Assembly (NCBI GenBank): GCA_001655205.1
Contig: LPNZ01008034.1
Coordinates: forward strand, 1-36,158
Direction of reading: 5' to 3'
DNA: 36,158 nucleotides
Source of the DNA: Lenisia limosa
Taxonomy: Eukaryota; Protista; Breviatea
Below the pieces are notes generated by a model. The model saw nothing but the letters and a program-made list of their open reading frames with translations, did not search any database and had not been told where the DNA came from. Shown here one piece after another: positions 25,601-36,158 of this stretch; positions within the stretch are counted from its first letter, which is position 1, and each line of letters starts with the position of its first letter. The translations under genes and the position numbers were made by a program.

Positions 25601-28269
25601 GCTTCATCAGGTGAGTATGAGTTATTACTTCAATTCTTCTTTCTCCTTTGTGATGTTAGTATTTTTTTATTTGACACCATTGCATACATATTACATACTT
25701 ACTAAGGTTATGAACGTGAGAAGACTAGTTTCATACGTTTTACCTTGATTGGAGTATGGTGCAAAAGGAAGAGATGATAAGGACTTACAATTCAGGTTAT
25801 TCACGAGGCCCTTCAAAAACACGTTGAGGTTGGTGGTAATGGATCTACAATTGTCATTGTAAAACAAAGCTATCTTATTATTCCTTACTAAATATTGTTA
25901 TTTAGGGAATTCGGTTCCGTGAATGGCGAGCTGGCCCCAAAATTGATGACAAAATGCAGGATAAGGGTAAGGGGTTAACCCCCAAAGCAACCGTTCTGAG
26001 CTTGTTTTATCAGGCCATGAATATTTCGGAAATAAAAAATAGTTTTGCTTCTTTGCTTTCCCTCCAGATATTTACAAGTATTATTCCCCCAGGATTCAAC
26101 ATCAACATCAGCGTGGACCACGAAACAGGCTTTGTCAAGGGCGGCAACCCCCTCAACTGCGGCACGTGGATGGACAAAATGGGCGAATCCAAGGTGGCAG
26201 GCAACCACGGCATTCCAGCCACGCCAAGAGATGGAGCGGACGTCGAGATTGTCGGTATGTGGGGCGGACGTCGAGATGTCGAATTATGGTGCGGATATTG
26301 AGATTAGAATTGTGGAATGTATGGAGATACACGAGGGAGATGTGTGTTTTTGCTGAGCATGGGAGGCTAGGGTGAAGTCAAATCAAACATTCAGAAAGGG
26401 AACCCCGCTTATCCACCCAGGCCTCTCGTATTCCGTCATTTCGTGGCTAGCAACCATCAACACGACTCACTCGACATCCTACCCCCACGCCTGTGTACAT
26501 ATTCGCCCCGGCGCCCCACTCAGCCTTTGTGACTGGTCTTCCAAGATTAAAAATAACTTCGAAAAGTGCTTCTACATTCCCTTGGTTTGGGGGACAATTG
26601 TCATGTGTGATTGAATACCCAGCTATCAAATGTGGATTGTGATTAGGATCTTGTGTTTTCCCCATCATCCGAAAAATGCTTGTAAAGTATCACTACTCAG
26701 TTGATACAATGTAAACCCTATCTTTCCCTTTGATCTCTCCTGACCTTTTAAGGACCCTGTTGATGATCATCGCCACAAGGTTGACAATCTTGTTGTGAAC
26801 TGGAGAGGTATCTACAAGGACACTGTTGGAGCTGTGGACTCGTGAGGGGGGAGGACTGCATATATTTTAGCTGATTAAGACTTTCAAATCGGTTAATGCT
26901 CCAACTCATGTTGTTTAGATGGAGGGACCATCAGCTGCGACCAAACCAGGTACGTGGTTTTCTCAGACCTGTAGTAGTGTGATGATTAATGCTAAATTCA
27001 CAAGTAAAACGAGAATAAATTGGCTGTGAAAGGGATAGTCCCAATATCTTTGAGAATATATGGATCATTGTGTGTGTGGGTGGGTTGCTTTGTAAGAGCG
27101 ATTCGCTGTTTACCTAAGTGACGATGGGATGCGGTGCTGCAGAAGCGTCTGGCTTGGTTTTTTTTTGTTTTTTTGTAATCAGCCCCTGTGTGTCGTCAGC
27201 CAACAGGGTTGATTTGGACTTTTTTTGTTTCGTAACTTTTCCTCCCCCCCCCCCCCCCCCCNNNNNNNNNNNNNNNNNNNNNNNNNNNNNNNNNNNNNNN
27301 NNNNNNNNNNNNNNNNNNNNNNNNNNNNNNNNNNNNNNNNNNNNNNNNNNNNNNNNNNNNNNNNNNNNNNNNNNNNNNNNNNNNNNNNNNNNNNNNNNNN
27401 NNNNNNNNNNNNNNNNNNNNNNNNNNNNNNNNNNNNNNNNNNNNNNNNNNNNNNNNAGTTCTGTGAACAGGTCACATTATCATGCATTTACCAAACACCT
27501 TCGCTTACTGAGTAGACCGTGTCACGAGATGATCTTTGCTACCGTGGCGACTACAACAACAGTCTCGACAGCGAGGACTTCAGAACATCACGAGTGCGTT
27601 GGGATATAGACACCTTCCGTAGAGTGACTTCCTTTATGGGCAATTATTTGGCATTTTTACTAAGCACAGTGACTGACTCAAAACAATTATTCTAATTATT
27701 GATAGTGAAGAGTGTGATTCAATATTTCCTCCTGACGTTTTAGGGCTTCAACTACCACCAGGGCCCGGAGTGGCTGTGGCTCTTTGGCCACTACCTGCAG
27801 GCCAGAATGCACTTTGCTCCTGAGGATTGGGAGGAAAGGGACTACACCCATTTTATCACACACTCCACGCGGACCCACGCAAATGCACTCCATCGTATGC
27901 AGCTTGACGTTTCAATATTCATTATTCACAGTTTTCAATCCCTCAATTTGTCAATTTACAATCACCCTTTCTTTTTGTGTTCTTCTAAACATCGTCCCCC
28001 CTCTCCCAGGAAGCCCATGGAGAGGATTACCCGAACTCACGAACGCAAATGGCGCGCATTGCGCGTGAGAGGCGATAATGGATTCAGGGTGTCTCATGAG
28101 TCAGAAAGAGACATCTTTGGGTAATCGATATTTCGACCTCTTATGTAACATGAATGGCTTGAAAACGATATGGCCTAATTCCTTCAGTGACAGTTGCCCC
28201 ACCCAAGCCTGGAGTATGGCCACGCTCTTAGACGCTTTGGACCAGGCTGCTACGCTTGGCAATAGGTAG
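13658..28269 (+). CDS. AGL: Glycogen debranching enzyme (4-alpha-glucanotransferase / amylo-alpha-1,6-glucosidase), about 55-60 exons, some inside N-gaps
   Basis: In-order conserved motifs [186 protein letters not shown]. Confidence 0.98.
18591..18788 (+). repeat. Minisatellite, about 21-nt unit x9 plus a partial copy (CTGTGAACAAGTTGGKGTGGA), beginning across an AGL exon/intron donor junction
   Basis: Copies start at 18591, 18613, 18634, 18656, 18676, 18697, 18718, 18739 and 18760. The first copy is the last 10 exon nt plus the first 12 intron nt. Confidence 0.95.
24261..24362 (+). repeat. Intronic dispersed repeat family, copy A (AGL intron 3' part)
   Basis: GACTGACCTGGGCTTTGTTTGTTTTGTT matches copy D at 27/28 nt; GTCAGCCAACAG is shared with copy B; the copy ends in a C-rich acceptor. 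Confidence 0.8.
24729..25106. mobile_element. Non-autonomous MITE, Mutator/MULE-like, in an AGL intron
   Basis: Perfect 22-bp terminal inverted repeats GAAGTCGGTGCAATTAATTTTT (24729-24750) and AAAAATTAATTGCACCGACTTC (25085-25106), flanked by the identical 9-bp direct repeat TAATTATTA (24720-24728 and 25107-25115). AT-rich interior with no ORF. A 9-bp TSD with a G-initiated TIR is the established MULE pattern. Confidence 0.8.
27123..27261 (+). repeat. Intronic dispersed repeat family, copy B (AGL intron 3' part)
   Basis: The 23-mer GATGGGATGCGGTGCTGCAGAAG is identical to copy D; the copy runs into poly-C and an N-gap. Confidence 0.85.
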
Positions 28270-28564
28270 CCCGTACAAGCCCAGCTATGGTGATTCGCAC
28301 ATGACTTTTAATGTACTTAGTTAATCTTAATAACCCTGCGTACAGCGTACTGAACCAATATAACTCATAATCTCGATATACAGATCGCTTACACGCTTTT
28401 AAAATGTCATCTTGATTGCCATCAAGAGCCAATATCAATTAACGAACTCGATTCACCCCCCTCCCTCATTCTTCTCATATCTAAGCTATTTTCAAATGAA
28501 TTAATTGGAGTACATTCTTCCGACATTCACACAAAGTTTGTCATGTACAAGTTGATACATTTAT

Positions 28565-30985
28565 TCAAATAAGAAACAGCACAGTAATAGTGTCAGAGAC
28601 CCTTTGTTTGGTCTCTGTGAAACATGAAGCCTTGTTCATATCAACTGGGAGTTTGGAGAATTGGGGGGACAGGTAAAATTGAGTCAGACAATCCTAAAAA
28701 ATCATAACAATTAGATTGTGAGAAATATCATATGTTTGGACAAAAGGAGATAAGAAGTAACCAACCTATAGCACGCATGTCCAAGTTGAGGTCCAGCGGA
28801 GGGAACAGTGCCAGGGCAGAGTCAGAAGATGCATTTGGGAGCAGTTCAACTCGTCTAAACAATAAAAATGCCATGTAACTGTTCAGAGGAAAAAGTGATG
28901 AGAAATACAGACCCCAAAGGAGGGAAAAAACCAAGCTAATTAGTATTGACTTCAATCCCTCTTACAGTTCAGGAATAACTTGGTTAACTCCGTGCTTTTG
29001 TTGCTAAAGGAATGTCAGAAATGGACGTAACATTGTACATCGCAATGCACTCGTAAGTTCAATAGTTTCGTTATTCTAAAAAACAAGTTCGCCACAATAG
29101 ATTTCATGAAATTTATCAAAAAGTCCTCCTCTCAAAAGCATGTTGACAAACCACAGTAACGTTGTTCTCCAACTTGTCCTGCAAATGGCCATCCATTTGA
29201 ACAACGGGGGCGTGAGGCTTGTAGTTGCCGCTGAGAGTCTTCTCCATATGCCGTTTCATGTGGTAGTTCAGGTCGCCAACCCTAGCAAACCGAGCATTAC
29301 AGACAGTGCATTCGTGAGGCTTTGCTCCAGTATGTGTCCTTTCATGAACTTCAAGATCTATGGGAGGGGGGGGGGGGGTTGANNNNNNNNNNNNNNNNNN
29401 NNNNNNNNNNNNNNNNNNNNNNNNNNNNNNNNNNNNNNNNNNNNNNNNNNNNNNNNTCAATATTAACCATGTTTGTTCAAAAGAATAGAAAATTTTCAAG
29501 GGTATTAACATAAATAGTTTCGGCGATGTGGTCGTTTCACCAAAGTGTACGAGGTTGCTTGTCTGTATTCTGATCGTTACGATTTTCGTTACGGTTCTTT
29601 ACCAGACAGTTGATTGGGATCACGTCTGGTATTTCACTTTAGCACCAAAAAGAAGCTTTTCCCCCCCAAAAAATTCTTGAATATCAATAAAATCCTGGGC
29701 TTTCTTGAACCGAAGTGAATCTATTGGTCACGTTGATGTTACATAGGGAAGAAACCTCCAACCTTGAATTTTGACAAAAGTTTTCATGCAATAAGTGCAG
29801 CGAATTGCATCCTCTACAGAAGGTGATGAGAAGATTAAAATCCACATGAGAAACGTATGACATTAGTTCATGAAATACTCAAGACGATTTAGAGTAATAT
29901 ACTATCATAATAATGCTGAGTAACTTGTGGGACATAATATATGATTAGCTGAGCTATTTGACCTTCCATCTTTAATTCTAGCAGCCCCATCTCAAACAGT
30001 CCCCATCGTACCCAAATGAACCCTTGAGTGGGCTGTTAAATTGGACATTGTTGTGTAGCCTCGTCCACACCCCTCAAAGCTGCAGACAAACGCCTTCGGC
30101 AACTTAGACTGCCGACCCTATTGCATTAGTTGGGTTGCCAATATATAAAAAATAAGACGCTTTCATTCAAATTAATCACAAAAAACCAAGCTCAAAACGA
30201 ACCAAGAGAAAACGGCTTTTAAAAGATTTTTTTGAGTTACGAGGAATGATATGATGCACCAGCAGTATTGTTTCATACTTCCATTAGTGTGGTTTAGACT
30301 TTCACAGAACAACAACTAAGGTCTAGATCAACTTCAGGCAATTCATCAAGGAAATCGCTACCAGCATACCCCGAGTTTTTGGGCTCTTGGTTTTTTGGGT
30401 TTCTTAAGTTGTTCTCCTATTCGTTCTGTTGAAGTGGCTGAGAGAATAGACAGTCCTGGGGGGGGGGTGATGAGTTAAATGTAAATATCCAAAAGTATCA
30501 ACAAATCAGTTTGCAAAGCGAAAAATGAAAGCTAAATAAAAGAAGAGCAAAGATGAAATACTGCAGCAAGCAGTCAAAGATGAAACACAACAGCAAGCAG
30601 TCAAAGATGAAACACAACAGCAAGCAGTCAAAGATGAAACACAACAGCAAGCAGTCATACCAGGAGCCTTTTGGTGGCGCATCGCCGGTCCTGGGTTATA
30701 TACCGGGTCAACGAGATGAAGGTCAATTCCAAGGTTTCTGTTGGCATGACTTGTCTCCATAAAAAGTGGCTTAGGAAAAGACAGTTCTATCTGGCTGATA
30801 GGAGTGTTGATTTCGCTGATCATCCTTGAGGAATGCAAAGTTGCAGGGATTGCAGGCTCCTTAAACTGCAAAGGAAGCAGGTATTCAAAGGACGACTGCA
30901 ATGGCCCTGTCATTGATCTCAATTCATCGAACTTGGATACATCTAAGGAGACTTGCAAGGGTTGAATGTTGAGTGGATGATCCAT
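28565..30985 (-). CDS. C2H2 zinc-finger protein (three fingers), putative transcription factor; C-terminal exons uncertain
   Basis: Spliced fingers FVCSFEGCGRGYTTMSNLTAHSRVH, IRCTYCMKTFVKIQDLEVHERTH-TGAKP-HECTVCNARFARVGDLNYHMKRH, preceded by the basic stretch KKPKKPRAQK. Start taken from ORF 30506..30985. Confidence 0.8.
30548..30655 (-). repeat. Minisatellite, 27-nt unit x4 (plus strand CAAAGATGAAACACAACAGCAAGCAGT), at the 5' end of a zinc-finger gene intron
   Basis: Three identical copies and one diverged copy. The array begins about 5 nt inside the intron after the donor CCTG|GTATG. Confidence 0.95.
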
Positions 30986-31306
30986 CTCCGTCTTAGGAAC
31001 ATGAGAGGGGGGAGCGTGGAACTCACGATTTCCCTTTAATTATGTTTAATGAACGTTAATTAATTAATTTTAAGAAATAATATAGCTTAAATGGCAGAAA
31101 AGACAAGGACTGATCGAGGATCGCTCTGAGTTTTGAGTGCATTTTGGAGTACATGATGTATTTTTTCATCTTTTAATCTCAGGGGGTTTGGTACAAAAAA
31201 ATGTTTTTGCTTTGCGCCTTTTCAAAAGCTTATGTCAAAAATAAGGCATGTCCAGACAGTAATACATGAATAGTCTACATTGATAACACCATAGCCATAA
31301 GAACAC

Positions 31307-36158
<4,852 letters not shown>

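Noticed and set aside
29963-29977. Possible 15-nt symmetric micro-exon (ELKME) between zinc fingers
   Set aside because: It would need a 34-nt upstream intron, shorter than the others resolved here, and direct splicing without it is also in frame; not supportable without RNA data.

Overview
Gene-dense, very intron-rich eukaryotic genomic DNA from a draft assembly, with many N-gaps next to long G/C/A homopolymers. Standard genetic code; every intron I could resolve is GT-AG. Taxon cannot be determined from the window. Hand-splicing gives eight confident multi-exon genes: NAK-family kinase (-, runs off the left edge), presenilin (+), MRH-domain ATG27/M6PR-like membrane protein (-), histidine acid phosphatase (+), TVP23 (-), glycogen debranching enzyme AGL (+, about 55-60 exons), a C2H2 zinc-finger protein (-) and DHX8/Prp22 (-, runs off the right edge). 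One further small spliced gene is possible at about 2.2-2.75 kb. The most unusual signals are intronic: (1) at least six tandem duplications located at 5' splice donors, most copying the exon end plus the donor; (2) a dispersed repeat that forms the 3' part of four introns in two genes, always in host-sense orientation; (3) G-run donors and poly-C acceptors; (4) a Mutator-type MITE with a perfect 9-bp TSD. AGL carries three large lineage-specific insertions, and the presenilin has an N-terminal acidic dileucine motif. Exon boundaries were inferred by eye and comparisons with human/yeast proteins are from memory; no searches were run.
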